NCBI RefSeq assembly: GCF_036365525.1
Contig: NC_090412.1
Location: forward strand, 7,110,123 to 7,174,122
Length of the DNA: 64,000 nt
Direction: 5' to 3'
DNA from: Heterodontus francisci
Lineage: Eukaryota
The position numbers and the translations under genes are program-made. Below the pieces are notes generated by a model. That model saw nothing but the letters and a program-made list of their open reading frames with translations, made no database searches and was not told the origin of the DNA. Of this stretch, positions 63,336 through 64,000 are shown piece by piece. Every line of letters begins with the position of its first letter. The first letter of the stretch is position 1.

Positions 63336-63437
63336 TCTGGTGAAAGGTCATCAACCAGAAACGTTATCTCTGGTTTTCTCTCCATAGATGCTGCCTGACC
63401 TCCTGAGTATTTCCAGTATTTTCTGTTTTTATTTCAT
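63336..63437 (+). mobile_element. Short Penelope-derived insert with degenerate hammerhead
   Basis: U-CUGGUGA-A-AGGUC-AUC-AACCA-GAAA-CGUUA plus the shared tail. Confidence 0.7.
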
Positions 63438-64000
63438 AATTCAAAAAGGGGATAATGATTTGAAAAGGAAAAAATATAAAAGGATGCATGAAAAGGCAGA
63501 GAAATGAGATGAAAGTAAATAGCTACAATTGAACATCAAGTACTGGCACAAAGGACTAAATTGAACTATTCTGTGATGTAAATTCTGTAATTTTACAAAT
63601 TAAAAAAAAAAATTCCTTACAGAGTTTGTTATTTAACAAGGTTTTAGGTGAAACAGTTTATCAGTTTGCAACAATATAAAGCTGTACATAGATGATGTGG
63701 CTTTTATGTGACACCCAGAGTCAATTAAAACCTGAACTAAAAATATTGAGTACACAGTATTTCTTATAAAGCAAAGATCCCCTGGGAACAGAACTTTCAA
63801 CCAATTAAGATAAATGTCACAATGGTCATGTGTTTACCCAACCCAGGTACAAGTCACTTCGGATCTTTTGCCTCATTTACAGATCAAACAACCAGGCCTG
63901 TATCTCACAGACAACTGGGCTTCAGACTCCATTTTGAAATTTTGTAAGGAAAGAGACCTTCAATATTAACTCTATTTTAAAAGACAACGTGTATATCTTA

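Overview
Vertebrate genomic DNA, almost certainly a cartilaginous fish (shark-type CR1, V-SINE, DeuSINE and Penelope repeats). It holds three spliced genes in the conserved vertebrate order. ASCC1 (minus) has 8 coding exons at 38262->8134; its last exon was not found and is presumably left of the window. ANAPC16 (plus) shows its last two coding exons at 46867-47796. DNAJB12 (minus) shows exons 2-9 at 62934->~49000. The ASCC1/ANAPC16 head-to-head promoter and ANAPC16's first coding exon are not visible: that interval is an N gap plus a 7.5 kb, almost A-free, C-rich tandem repeat, which produces the spurious 2500-aa ORFs. Introns are dense with TEs. Most notable: (1) an intact full-length RTE retrotransposon with a 32-bp TSD and a 1.43 kb composite, structured 5' leader, nested in a V-SINE; (2) a family of ~100-130 bp Penelope-derived inserts that carry minimal type I hammerhead ribozymes and repeatedly begin at the ribozyme core; (3) no recognisable DDIT4 between ANAPC16 and DNAJB12, where it lies in human; (4) several nested TE insertions. 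All calls come from reading the sequence; no searches were run.
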